Source of the DNA: Botryllus schlosseri
Lineage: Eukaryota
Direction of reading: 5' to 3'
DNA length: 64,000 nt
Assembly: GCA_051294905.1 (NCBI GenBank)
Contig: CM119371.1
Coordinates: 10,852,001-10,916,000 of the forward strand
Program-made: the position numbers and the translations under genes
The notes under the pieces: generated by a model
Told to the model about the DNA's origin: nothing
The model's input: only the letters and a program-made list of their open reading frames with translations
The model's database searches: none
Part shown: positions 25,179 to 37,857 of the stretch, in pieces
Layout of the letters: each line of letters begins with the position of its first letter
Position numbering within the stretch: the stretch's first letter is position 1

Positions 25179-25351
25179 CTTGGGACACACACCGGTATTC
25201 AACTTTGAGATATCTGTTAGCATGATTGCACTGTCCACCAAATACAAAATCTGACGCTTCCAGTAGACAGGATGTACGACCCTGGCAAGCCTTTATCACT
25301 ATGCTCAAGCTTTCCGGAATCTTACATTCCCTCGTCCAAGAGTGACCGCAT
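25179..25351 (-). CDS. Gene B exon 2: C-terminal half of SUEL/Gal_Lectin domain (CGHSWTRECKIPESLSIVIKACQGRTSCLLEASDFVFGGQCNHANRYLKVEYRCVSQ)
   Basis: Acceptor TCTTCCTAAAG and the typical C-x-G-R-x-S-C...FG-x-x-C...YL-x-V-x-Y-x-C pattern. 173 nt like the gene C exon. The donor position reads AT, not GT. Confidence 0.9.
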
Positions 25352-25879
25352 CTTTAGGAAGATAAAATTATTTGCGTAAGCTACTGCATTGACAATGTGC
25401 TACGTGTAACAATACGACAAAGTTTCGGCAAAAATTATGTTTCAACAACTGATCTCACCAAAATGTTATTGCTGGGCCATACTTCATCAGATCGGCGCAA
25501 GCTGCTAACGGTTTCTTTTCAGCAAAAAACGAGTTCGAGATATTGAGATATTTGTTTATTGGGATGAATTATTATCTACCTGATTTTGGTCTGTGAGTAT
25601 ACGTCTGAAACTAATTCGTAAAATACATACCCCGAACAATTATTGGATTTATGGAAATTCAAGTGAAATCAAACTGGAGGCAGTTTATATTGAGTATCGA
25701 ACATTGGTATTAACAAAATTACAAAGATTTTTATTGTTTCGTCAAGAACTACGGTTTCCATATATACTGTGACCATAAACACATAATTAGAAAGACATCT
25801 GGTGTTCATTAGCATGCAATCCGGCATACAGAATAAATAGCAAAATCGCAGACGAAGTTCGTCATTTGAATATGCTCAC

Positions 25880-25989
25880 CTGGCAAACATGGATACTCTT
25901 CCGTAAATTGCATATATAATATCCAAAAAGTAATTATCTGAACACTGTATAGTTTTCGAGTTTCCTTCGCAAATACTTGCGGTCATCAT
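25880..25989 (-). CDS. Gene B exon 1: N-terminal half of SUEL/Gal_Lectin domain (MMTASICEGNSKTIQCSDNYFLDIIYAIYGRVSMFA)
   Basis: CE...C...I..A.YGR motif, donor AG|GTGAGC in phase 2, acceptor TTTAG 26 nt upstream of the ATG. Six-exon model totals 867 nt (288 aa). Confidence 0.9.
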
Positions 25990-26969
25990 TTTCGTATGAT
26001 AGTAGGGTTTTTATACTAAACTATCGAAAGCAATTTGACGCGGTGAGACTAGTCTACGATGTACCTTCTACAGCTGGATATCGTGAATATTATCGCAAAG
26101 CAATAGAATACTCAAGGGCACGGGTGGGCAATTATTTTTCTTCGCAGGCAAAATGAGAAGTAGAAAATACGTTGGCTGAAATTTTTTAGCTATATTCAGC
26201 AGCGTATTTTAATTTCGTTTCTAAATTATATTGTTATTAAATGCTGTGCAGTGAATGTGTTGATGTTAGGTAATGAGAAAGTGAAGGCCAATTAAAAAAG
26301 GATTTATTTTCCGTCACGATTCATAACTATGTTAAACATGATACCTTTTCAACTCTCTTTAAACCCGTATTCACGTTCTACTATTAAAACACTAAAGCAG
26401 TGTAACTCAAACTTTTTAGGCACGCCACCCTTTATGATAGTGAAAGACTTCACGCCCCCTTATCATGATATCACAAAATACTAACAAGAACAATCAGAAT
26501 GATAGCAATCCCAACTGATAGTTTGATGGCATGGAAGGTGATGGCTGTTGATGAGAGAATTCCTAAATATCGAAGTCGGACAATACACAGAGCAATAACT
26601 ATGAGCTAGGGGGCAAATCGCGTTGAGCACGAAAAAAATTTCCATTTGATCTCGGTTTAGCGCCCTCTTCAGGTGCTTTCACGCCCTCGGTTCCAGAACC
26701 ACTGCACTGCTGGGATAATAAGCCTACTACTACTACCATTGTCTTGGTCGCTGCCTTTCGAGCAGTGTGCACTGTGCAGCTTAAATAGCCATGATGTTGA
26801 GTGAAGCTTGCTGTTTTTCTGAAATTCGCCTTCCCTTGACCGAGTGTCTGTCTTCGTGTGTTTTTCATAAGACCTACTTTAATGAAAATCCTAAATCTCG
26901 GTGACATGCTCGGCACAAACTAGAAAGTTTACCTCTGACTCCAGTATACCAATATTTAGTGCCCTAAAC

Positions 26970-29578
26970 CAGTGGTTCTCAGTCTCTTTGACCCCGCGGA
27001 CCGAGAAAACTACAAAACAAATGTTGCGTACCGGAGAACCTTCAAAAACCAAATCACTCTAAATTTAATTGAGACATTATGCGTGCAACATAAGGTAATA
27101 TTGGAAATTTCACTTAATGATGCTTTTTAATTAATATATATTGTCATATCGCTGTCTACTATAAAAAATCTTACAGGCGTATGTGATCGATCATTATTTG
27201 ATATGTTTATTGTATCATAAAAATCAAATTCATGCGATCGGGGTTTGGGCTACTGTATAACGTGGTAATGGAGTACTATCGGAAGCAAGTATACAATCCC
27301 GTTTTACACTTAGCTCAATATCAATATAATAATAGTCAGACGTGTCAGACATTGTCCGGTCTTGCATATATCGTTAAGGCGTAAGCTTGTATTCCCTTGC
27401 AAGACCTCGTCGAAATTGTTGGCAAAGCCACGGAAGATATTGATTTTATGGAATTTATGTCAGTTGATTGCTCCGGATGATACATTTGGTGACTTTTAAA
27501 AAAGGCAGCATGTACTTCAGCATTGTAGCATAATGTAACCTCAGTCGTCGCTGTACCTTAATATATCACTTCACTGAAATATGCAAGGTCCGAATTTGCA
27601 ATTCGGCGTCACGTTACGTCATATGTACACGATCACGTTCACACAGAACTTTTCAAAAAGATTCGCGTTCACACGAACCTGAATCAATCTGAGGTTCATA
27701 AAATCCCTACTATGAATACATTGTACCGCACGAAAACACCTGACTACAGCTATACCTGGCCATCCACAAATCAGGTCCGATTATCAGCCTAATTGCCGAA
27801 ACGGTAGTCATGGGCCTCACAAAGCGATTAACCAAACTTCTAGCTAGGAGGCATCACCCCAAGAACCCACAGTTGGTTGGTTGTTTTCGCCAGGACTTGC
27901 GAACACATTCAATCTACTGAGTATATGCAGATAGTTTTCTATAGGCAATAAATGACTGAATCGGTCAATAAAATTGTTGATTGCATATATATTGCTGTCA
28001 ATTTGTGTACTATAAGAACTATTAGATTAGAGTTGATTGAGGTGTAGTGTTGGAAAATTTAGGGCAAGTAATATATAATAATTTAACATATTCGGGTGGG
28101 CCTGTTGGAATAATTACTTCATTGCATGTCAACATTTCGTCACCTACTGTCTATGACTAGATATTGAAATCACCCAAGCGTCAGCTCGTATGAGTCCTTG
28201 CCGCTCATAATTCGTCAAATGACACGGGCTGAACTTCAAGTCAAATCGGACATGCTTCCAGACCTAATATGTTACTTCACGACGTTCTAGATGAGTTTAA
28301 AATTTGATATTTGACATTTATTTTATTTTATCAATGGACAAGCCTTCAACATATTGCATCTTGAAATTTTGTAATAAAATTGCAAAATACCTCGCGGACC
28401 GGCGGTTGAGACCCACTGATGTACACTACATGTAGCGTATTTCCATCTTGATGTTGTGTGACTGCGGGTCATGCTCAAAGTAGACAGTCACTAAATATTC
28501 ACAAACGGAAGGCAGGATACTTCGAGCAAACTAGTGTATCAAAGCAAGTAAAATATTTGAGATTGGCGAGGTGCATGCTCGATTAGTGTTGATTTTTATG
28601 TATTGCTAGCGTCATGCATGGTGGCTCGAAGTTGAAAAGCAAAGAATTTCAGCCAATGATGTTATGATGTGAAAATTTGTAATATATGAAAAATGTTCAC
28701 AGCCCAGAACCTACGGAGGTTCGTTTGTGAACGTGACCCTCTAAATTTCCGAGGTTCACACACAGAACGAGAACGTGAACGTCACGTTCTCACCATCCCT
28801 AATTCATAGTATAGCCACAGTAACCTACGACTTGTGGCAATGAGCAATGAGCAAGGTAGCACGACAAGGTGCTTGGTTCGAGTCCGAAACGCTTGTTCTC
28901 TCGATATTGTCCAAGAGATATTAATTTTCGACTCTCGACGCTAGCACGTTTGTTTTAGCAGGGAAATTTTACCTCGAGTCAGCAGAACCACTACAAAATA
29001 ATCAGATGGATGCCATCCTGAACTGAACATCTTTATTTACGATCAAACCCCTCAAAATGTCTCTCTCTATCATCATATACTTGCATAAAACAGCTGCATA
29101 CTTCACGTTTTAAGTTGATTTTAATTTTCGAAAGTTCACCGGTCCGCCGAATATTTTTTGAAATTTTACCGGTCCGCGAGGTGAAAAAGGTTGAGAACCA
29201 CTGGCTTAATCGCACCGTCGTAATCATAATAAATTCGGTAAAAGTCTCCGTATCTTTCGCATATAACTTCTCCGAAACGAATAGTTGGCTATTTTTATGG
29301 AGTTTCTTAAACAGTGGCTTCAAAAACTGCCATTTAAAGGTTGTATAATTATGTCATATTTGTGTAACTATACTCCGAAAAAACATCTAGTATGAGTCTA
29401 CGAGCGATTTGCACTCAATATAGGCGTTCCGCACTTCTGAATAAATTTTAAATGTGATGTTTTATTCGTTGATTAATGGATAAGGGATGAATGTCTTGCA
29501 TTTTGGAATTGAGGTAATAAATTTGCCTAAATCTGGCGGACCCGCACCGGTACGCAGACAGGCGGTTGGAAACCACTT
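26970..29578. mobile_element. Nested hAT cluster with an internal inversion (27120-28418)
   Basis: Outer ends CAGTGGTTCTCA / GGAAACCACTT with flanks CCCTAAAC/CTCGAAAC. Inner CAGTG-type ends at 28418 and 29203, TAGGGAT-type ends at 27709 and 28801. Confidence 0.65.
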
Positions 29579-31499
29579 CTCGAAACCTTCTTTGAATTTC
29601 AGCTCACGGTTTCCTCCTTTTTTGACATGTGTTTTCATCTATCATGGGGGATAGATATGATAAGTAGGCCTAATATAGTAATCGCGAGCACTGATTGACT
29701 TGTTTCCCGAATTACGGATTGGGAAACGTATCACGTAACAATTTAAAACAAAGACCGTATAAGGCGTATTGTGACAACGGAAACAAACAAGGTTTGAACT
29801 AAACTATATGGAAAGAGTGATTTCTTTTGACAATAATTGCTACTCATACTTTGCTACATTTAATTTATTTTGAATCTGGATTATGCATGCGAGTACGTAG
29901 GCTAGGCAGCGTAATCGTGGCGTATTAATGAACAGGCTTCACAGTAAACGAATTTCCTGTCCAGTTGATACGTCCTAATGTTTCAGTCCAGGCATTAACA
30001 TTCAAAAAACAGGTTTTATGTTTTGAATTCCAAGCATCCTCTTGCGGGCCGCACAGAGAGCGCCGCGGGACGCCCTTTTCCCTGGTCTGGCCAAGGGTCA
30101 CCCCTAATTTTGATATACAGCATGTTATGGCTATAAAAGTTTAAATAAGGACCTCGGTTTCAACATCTGCGTTCTAAATGCATCATCATGTTAAACACAA
30201 TACCTAGATTTTTATAGTGACAATGCGCTCGTAAAATTAGGTGGCCTCAAATTAAAGTTTACAGTATAAAAACCGTTTTATCGTACTCCCCACCCACAGG
30301 CAAGCAAGGTTATATTATTTATATGAACTGCGAGTCTATATATAACTTTTCCTGAAATAAAATTTTGTTTCCGATCAAAACCTTTGGAGTAAGTAGAGTA
30401 ATGAATAGCATACTGACTATAACTGTAATTATATATCGAGAAACCGTATTATTGCCTTATCCTTAAAGTCGTGGATAGGTGTAAAACCAGTTCAATGTCT
30501 TCTTCTCGCCTCAAATCGGCATTCTTATTCAAAGCCATGAAAAGACATTATTCCAATAGGATATGTCATAGTGTGGCAGCTATAGTATCAATATATAATT
30601 GCAGTGACAAGCAATCCCACAATATTTATTGAGACACGCATTGATACTCCTACATTCCGACAGGATAGAATGGAATTGCACTAAAAGTGATAGTCCTTTT
30701 TTCATATATGATGATGGCACTGCACAGCATTTAAGTATTATTTCCGTTACTCATTTATTCGTACGACCATACGAAATGACAGGTGAAACATGATCAACTA
30801 AATAAAAACGCATGCATATCAATTTAAAGCAGATTAGCGTAGCACGAAGTAACGAGAACGATATGTTTCTTTCTAAATCGCCTGTCATAGTAAAGATATG
30901 TCATACTCGGCTACTTATTGGGCTTCATTGTCTCGTTGCTAAACCTTCATTCTAAATGTCGACCTGTTATTTCAAATAAAACTCAACCTAACCTTAGAAG
31001 ACTTCCGCAAACAGCTAATCCAGAAGAGGGATAACTCAGCACCAATTCCCTTGGTTCAGTCACAATTACTAAGAGGAATCTTCACTGCGCTATGCGTAGC
31101 TTATGGATTTTTCGTTGGATATTAATCCAATATTATAAATGACTCGCACTTCCGGACGTAGTCACCGCACAAAAATACAATCTAATGACAGAGCAACTTA
31201 TCAGACTATATAAGATGATATTTTTATCATTTAACCCTAATTGAATTTGACGTTTGGTCCGACCCAGGAAAACGATAATGTTTTTGTGAGCATAGACTAC
31301 AACAAGAATTAGCCTATGAACATTGTGTTACTCGCTACATCGCCCATGATCAATTTATATTATTGGCATTTGATTTTTAACGTCTGTTTCTCAACTGTGG
31401 CGCATCTATATGGCATTTACCCGTCGTCTATGTAGGGGCCTCTATCCTAATAACTAAATAGCTAAACTCTATCGGGCATTGTACAAAGTAAAAGCTAGC

Positions 31500-33052
31500 A
31501 TGGTATTTTCCGAATTTGAAGTATTACTGGCTCAACTTGCGCATCACAATGCGAATAGCCGAGAGAAGTGTTCAAGTTGGAAAGCTAGGTTGAGTGACTT
31601 AGCCCACGCATACTGTGGAACTCCTGTTGACGTTGGTGATTTTTAATGACCAAGAAATGTTGGCAAGCTAATAAATCACTTCGCTCCAACAAGAATATTT
31701 ATATAACAAAACCGGACAAAGGTAACGGCGTAGTCATTCTCAACAAATCAGACTATTGCCAAAAGATGAAGGGCATTCTTCAAGATTCCTCCAAGTTCAT
31801 TTCTCTCGGACCATCGAGTTCGAATGATAATACGAAAAAGAATGAGGGTAAACTACAGCGTCGTCTACAAAGTCTAAAGAATCAGAAGGTTATCCCTAAA
31901 GAAGTCTATGAATTCATCAGACCGTGTGGATCACAAAGACCGCGTACGTATGGCCTGCCGAAAATACACAAAGCTAATACGCCACTCCGTCCAATTCTTT
32001 CTATGACTGGTTCGGCACAACATAGTTTAGCAAAATGGTTCAACGCAATAATCGAACCTGTCCGGTCTGTATATTCAAATAATTGCTTAAGTGACTCATT
32101 CACATTTGTAGAGAAAATTCGAAATTTCGACCTTGATCCCAATGATGTATATATGAGCTCATACGATATTGTTAGTTTATTTAAAAATGTGCCATTGACT
32201 GAAACTTTCAATATTTGCACTGACACTCTTTACAATGGTGAGCTTGAACCTCCTCCAATTCCGCGGGAAATTTTCTTGGAGTTGCTTGAAATATCAACGT
32301 CGTCGGTTGAATTCAGTTTCAACGACATGATGTATAAGAAACTGACGGCATTGCCATGGGTTCACCATTGGGACCCACCCTCGCGAATATTTTTGTTGGG
32401 TTCCATGAGAATAAGTTATTTTCGGACTCTGATAAACCTCTTATGTATTATCGATACGTTTGTGGTTTTTCAAAGTGAGCGACAGTGTGATGCCTTTTTC
32501 GATACGTTAAATTCAATGCATCAATCCCTTGAATTCACAGTAGATAAAGAACAAAATAGTTCCCTACCATTTCTTGACGTATTTGTAGAAAAAACGGGTC
32601 ATCAATTCACCACATCAGTTTATCGGAAGCCAACATTCACCGGTCATTATGATAGGTGGAACTCCTTTTGTCCGAAAAAGCGTAAATTGAATTTGATCTT
32701 CACCCTTGTGCATCGAGCACTTATGATTTGCTCCAAAGACAAATTGCCCGCAGAATTAAATTGGATTAGATCCATTCTGTCCAAAATGGATATCTCGATA
32801 GCATCACTGACTCTGCCTTTGCGGAGAAAATGCGCAAATTCAGACAACCTACAGTTTTCGGCCCTAACAAATGCCCGGTGTACATACACCTTCCTTGGCT
32901 TGGCTCTGTCTCCAATAGATTCACCAAATCAATCAGAACATGCGTCGAATCATGTTACAACACTGTTAATGCGAGGGTTGTATTTACAAGAAACACATTT
33001 TGCCCAACACGCGAAGTGATGTGCTGCCTGATTTTTATCGAAGTATGGTCAT
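31500..33052 (+). mobile_element. Penelope-like retroelement reverse transcriptase, degenerate and truncated
   Basis: PLE-type motifs KPDKGNGVVILNKSDY, YGLPKIHK..PLRPI, DIVSLF.NVP, (shifted frame) GIAMGSPLGPTLANIF, LPFLDV, SVYRKPT. Several frameshifts, catalytic DD missing, cut off by a MITE arm at 33053 before any GIY-YIG domain. Confidence 0.9.
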
Positions 33053-33300
33053 TAGGGCGGTTCAAAAATAACCTTTTTTCTTGAATCTTGCTGGTTACTT
33101 GATTAAATCGTTAGGTTGCCTTAAAAAATGACGCACACCAAATTTGAATTCATTCCAACCAATATTCGCGGATTTCGTAGAGTTTGAAAATTTTGAATTT
33201 GCCTAAAAATGCAAAAAAAAAAAATTTTCAAATTTTTCTGCCAACCCCATGAAATTGTTGCGCTGTCTTCAAAGACGTTGCAAAACAAATTTGACTCAAT
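33053..33300. mobile_element. Single arm of the 14062-14681 foldback MITE family
   Basis: Starts TAGGGCGGTTCAAAAATAACC and is colinear with 14062-14310. Confidence 0.85.
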
Positions 33301-34701
33301 AAAAATGTGAAAATGCAATTGTGCAAAATGTGAAAATAAGCAATTTTTGGCATATGCCAAAAATAACACGGCCTGCCAAATAGTGTATTTCGTTCATGGT
33401 GTTGTGTTAACAGGACTGCGTTACAAGCGTTATATTCTACGCATGGAGCTGGAACCCCCAAAATCAACCACGATTTTTGGATTGTGATCGAGTTGAACAT
33501 TGTGACGCAACAAACTGTCTGGCTATTTCTGAGCTGTATAGTCTCGTTTTGTGACTAATTCGAGACTGAAACTATCTACATAGAGGACGATGCCAAAACT
33601 GCCAAAAATAAAAATCGATAAATGCCAAAAATAAGTTATTTTTGGCAGTTTTAGCATATGCCAAAAATAACACGGCCTGGTGATTGTGTGTTTCGACTCC
33701 ACTTTGTTTCCTCATGTTGCGCCCCAGACACTGTGTCGCACATACTGATGAGATACCGGAAATTCTGGTACCATCTTCGTTTTTTGTTGGAACATGGTAC
33801 AAATTAAAACGTTGTCTTTCCATCCTTCACTTATCCCTGTGCCTATTCCCTTATTTGCATTGAGACTATCTTGCGCGTGGTGCAAAACAACATCATCGGT
33901 CGAAAGCGACATGTTTTTCATGATAATAATAAAGACAAACTGCCATCGTCACTTCATCGAACGTCACCAAATACCAGCAAAAGTCATGTTTTTGTGGAAG
34001 GCGGGAAACTTTTGAGCCAGAAGTTATACAGTGGAGAGATCACAGACAATTTATTATCCTCGTAAATAAATATGCGTACATATTATATCCTGCATGTAAC
34101 CTATACATGCAATAGTGACGCGCTTCTCATTAGCTCTATCTGTCCATAAACTGAGTATGCGAAAATCGTTTGCCTGTACGGAATCTTAAGATGATATTCA
34201 CGTGAAGCATTACATATTAAAATCTGAACTATAGTTCAAAACGTGCTTGATAATTCAATCAGTACACAATATTCCCAGAATGGATTCGCGGGGGATGTAA
34301 TCGCTTAGCGGGCCGGATGTTTGACATCCCTGCCTACACGGTTCAATCACTGATAAAATTTGCTACGTTGTTCAAAAGATGCAGAAGGACTCAGCTGCCA
34401 TGAAGCACCTCATCTCTTATAGGCTTACATGCATGTAAGCATTACAAATTAGGGATTTTGTGAGATATATTCATAAAAAGAAGCTGGAAGATTGGAAATC
34501 ATTGGCATTTCATATAAAAGACGAAACCTTCTTCATAATGCATTCGATATCCAAATCCGGTAAAAATAATCAACTCGTTTTTGAGTTTTTTAAATTAGAA
34601 TCCATGTTCGTGTCTGCTGCACAGACTATATGTGATGACGGCATACAAAGACGTGTGGAAAAAAATTCGCACTATGAAAATATCGAGTTCATGCGACAAG
34701 T

Positions 34702-34861
34702 TCAACGAGTTCCGTAAAGAATGTTTTCCGTCATCATTTTTTCAGCTGCACCACTGTCGTCCCCCGGTGGAGTTGTCTCGATACATCTGTCTACTGCTCC
34801 TTCCATTTCGTAAATCTCGTTTTGCCTTTCTTCCCTGATAACTTTTTTCTTGACGCACCGT
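34702..34861 (-). CDS. Gene C terminal exon: cytoplasmic tail (RCVKKKVIREERQNEIYEMEGAVDRCIETTPPGDDSGAAEKMMTENILYGTR*)
   Basis: Acceptor TATTTATAG, phase 2 matching the TM exon. Homologous to 8504-8729. Confidence 0.85.
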
Positions 34862-36015
34862 CTATAAATAATAGTATATGATTATTCGTACACAACAACT
34901 ATAGACACACGTGAGGACGAAACATGGATCATGTTTGGACGATACATCACTACATGGTGCTTATGATCAGTGAGATTTCCAAAACCTGACAATAGCAGCC
35001 TTGAGAAATAATGTAATGTATCATTAATATTATATAAAGGGTAAGAATAACGAACAAAATGTATGAAATAATATTGAAGCGTCACATCAGTGAAGAACGT
35101 GTTTGCAAAATTGACGGCTCATGTTTGCATAATTTCGGAGAAGCCAAAATCGCACAGCACACTGAGAGTCTAAATGTTCGAATCAAACATTACTCGTTCT
35201 ATAGAATTAATATTATCGTTGTTAATATGATTACAATTGTATTCGATATCTAGGCCTATTAGTCTCGATATTTACAGGGCCTGACGTATATTACTTCGTT
35301 TTTCCTTGATATTGAATTACTATTTACGTGCTGGCACGAAAAATCATCACTCAGTTATAACACAGTTGTAGCGTGCAGGTTTACCCTCATTTTATGATCT
35401 ACTAGCATCCACAGTTCAGTCTGTGAATAGGCGATAGTAGTGTGAATTTGTCAAATAGACTGAGATGTATGTTTTTCTCAAAGTTTCGAAACCTGAATGG
35501 AGATCCATTACCCCAGAATTTTTCGCTGCGTCACACAAACATAAATGTAAAACATTTTCTTCCCACATTCCACACATCTAATCAATTAATCTATTCTAGA
35601 ACGCTAGTCAACAAGATGCACTGCGCATCAGCAGAGTGTTAAATGAACATAGTAATCCAGTATTATTTGAAAACAAACCGAAAACAATGATGAATTCATA
35701 TTGCAACTGCTCCCGTGCATTTCAGAGACCAGTTTAGAAATGAATGGTGCGCTGTGGAAAGTGTCATCGCATTCCTCGATCGTATCGCAAAAGCGTAATA
35801 ACTATCGCCTATTTGCAACGGACTCATAACCATTCCAGATAGGATCGACATTTCAGAAGGACGGGGTTCCTATATCGAAGCCCAACTTCCCCTGCGTGCG
35901 ATACTGCACACGACGTAGTACCAGTGTAGTTACAATTTGACTATTGATCCCACCTAATAAATAGCCTGCTGCCAATGATGGCCAAGAAGGGCGTTTCAAG
36001 GTTTACGAGTTAAAG

Positions 36016-36446
36016 CAGAGGCGGGCAACTTCTCCATGCGGCGGACCGGATATGGTAAAATGAAGTACTTGGCGGACCGGATTACTGAATTGAAACATTA
36101 CGCGCGCATTCAACCACCTCTACAAGGATTAATCGTAATTAATGTAAACATTAACTTTGACGCATAGAGAATTAAACAGTGTTCGTAGAATTTATTACCG
36201 TAATGTACTTTCAATAGCTGTTGAAGTCAAAGGGAAATCCGTGGTCGATCAAAGTTGCGATTAGCAAGTTTTTTGAACTCTGGATGCGTGCCGGCCACAA
36301 AGAAAACAAATAACTATGAAGAATAACCTACAGTCATCATAATTTGACATAATGATGCAGTGGAGAATTGCGACACTGTGACCACGGGTCACATATTATT
36401 ATGTAAGACCGGAAACTGTCCGCGTGCCGTATGTTGCCCGCCCCTG
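36016..36446. mobile_element. hAT MITE
   Basis: TIR CAGAGGCGGGCAAC / GTTGCCCGCCCCTG, TSD AGTTAAAG/AGTTGAAG. Confidence 0.85.
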
Positions 36447-36737
36447 AGTTGAAGGTATGTCTTGAACTTCAGCGGAATTCCTGTTAGCTTTTAGCGGACT
36501 CCCTGCTTTGACTCAACGACTGAACGACTGAACTCAACTCTGTTATTTACATTCAGGTCGCATCGACTCCTTCCTATGTTTCACCTATATCGCAACATTG
36601 TGTTATTATGAAATGATGATGAAGTTATAAATAAATTGAACCTAACTGATATGATTAGTGTGTCATGCACAGTGATGCAAAAATACACATTTACATCGAC
36701 AAGACATCATATTTTAATTTGCATGACGTTTACTTAC

Positions 36738-36837
36738 TTGCGGTACAACATGATGATTGCAACCACCAGAAGACTAACTACTAAGGCACAGACCACGATT
36801 CCAACTATTACTTCCAGGCTCAGACTCGATAAAGCAT
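36738..36837 (-). CDS. Gene C exon 5: transmembrane helix (DALSSLSLEVIVGIVVCALVVSLLVVAIIMLYRK)
   Basis: Acceptor ATTTTGCAG, donor GTAAGT, 100 nt, phase 1-2, hydrophobic run followed by basic residues. Confidence 0.9.
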
Positions 36838-37857
36838 CTGCAAAATAATATTTATATTGGTTGATCACTCAATAGCCATTCTCTATATACGTCAAAACTA
36901 CTTCAGGTATACATCGAATTCGAATAATTTGGAAATAACACATGTAATTTGGAGAAGTATTGAAACGAGTTGTCACTGCATACTCTTTAATTGATCAATC
37001 GCCTATGACTGCGAAAAACAACTTGGCGAAAGACGCGGAATCAATTACCGCGACATATCACGACTAGACTTACTGCATATATGTCAAATTCTGAATTTGT
37101 GTGGCATATTGCGAATTATTAAGAGTTTGACATCAAACATAGCAGTCACAATCGATGAAGGTATGTCACTAGTAGTACCCGATTTATATCCCGTTATGTG
37201 ACGAGTAATCATCCATGGCTTTGAAGCTGGTACGGTGGTCTCGAGAATTCTCTTCCTATTTTCAAATGCAACCCTGAGCGGAGTAGACATAACTAGTATT
37301 GATATTTTAGCAAGAAAAATAGAATCTGACCATCGCTATTCATTGAAACAAATTACAACTGTCTACAACGAAGAAAACAAAATGTACGACAGTGTATATG
37401 ACAGGTAGCGGGAACGCGCGTGTCCGCGAAATGTGTAGTCGCGAATATTTTTGTCACGCGGCTTATCACATAGCTTATGAACACCTTATATGTAGCTAAT
37501 ATCAGATATAAAGTCATGTGTGGACTTTTATGGACACTACCTATTTACAGATAGAAACAAATATATGGCTTAGGACGGCTAGAACAAAACATATAGTACA
37601 TTTTGTGAGAGTGGTCATTGGTCAATGACTCGCACGGTGCAACATATTTATTAGGGATAGTGTGGACCTCTGAAAGGTCCAGGTTCCTGCGAGCGCAAAC
37701 CTTTCTGAAAGATTCTGTGTGAACGCGAACGCGAACCTAACGACGTTACTTGACGTCATAATGCAAATTCCAACCCTACATTTCAGTGAAGTGATACCTA
37801 GCGACGACTCGGGCCACATAATGTCGCAATGCTGAAGTACATATTGATGCTTTAAAC

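Noticed and set aside
33746..33775. CTGATGA...GAAA hammerhead candidate near the Penelope fragment
   Set aside because: Spacing is off and there is no stem I or stem III pairing.
37084..37292. Thr/Ser-rich ORF between gene C exons 4 and 5 as an extra stalk exon
   Set aside because: Phase-compatible acceptor but only a weak donor, and no homologue seen in gene B; needs RNA-seq.
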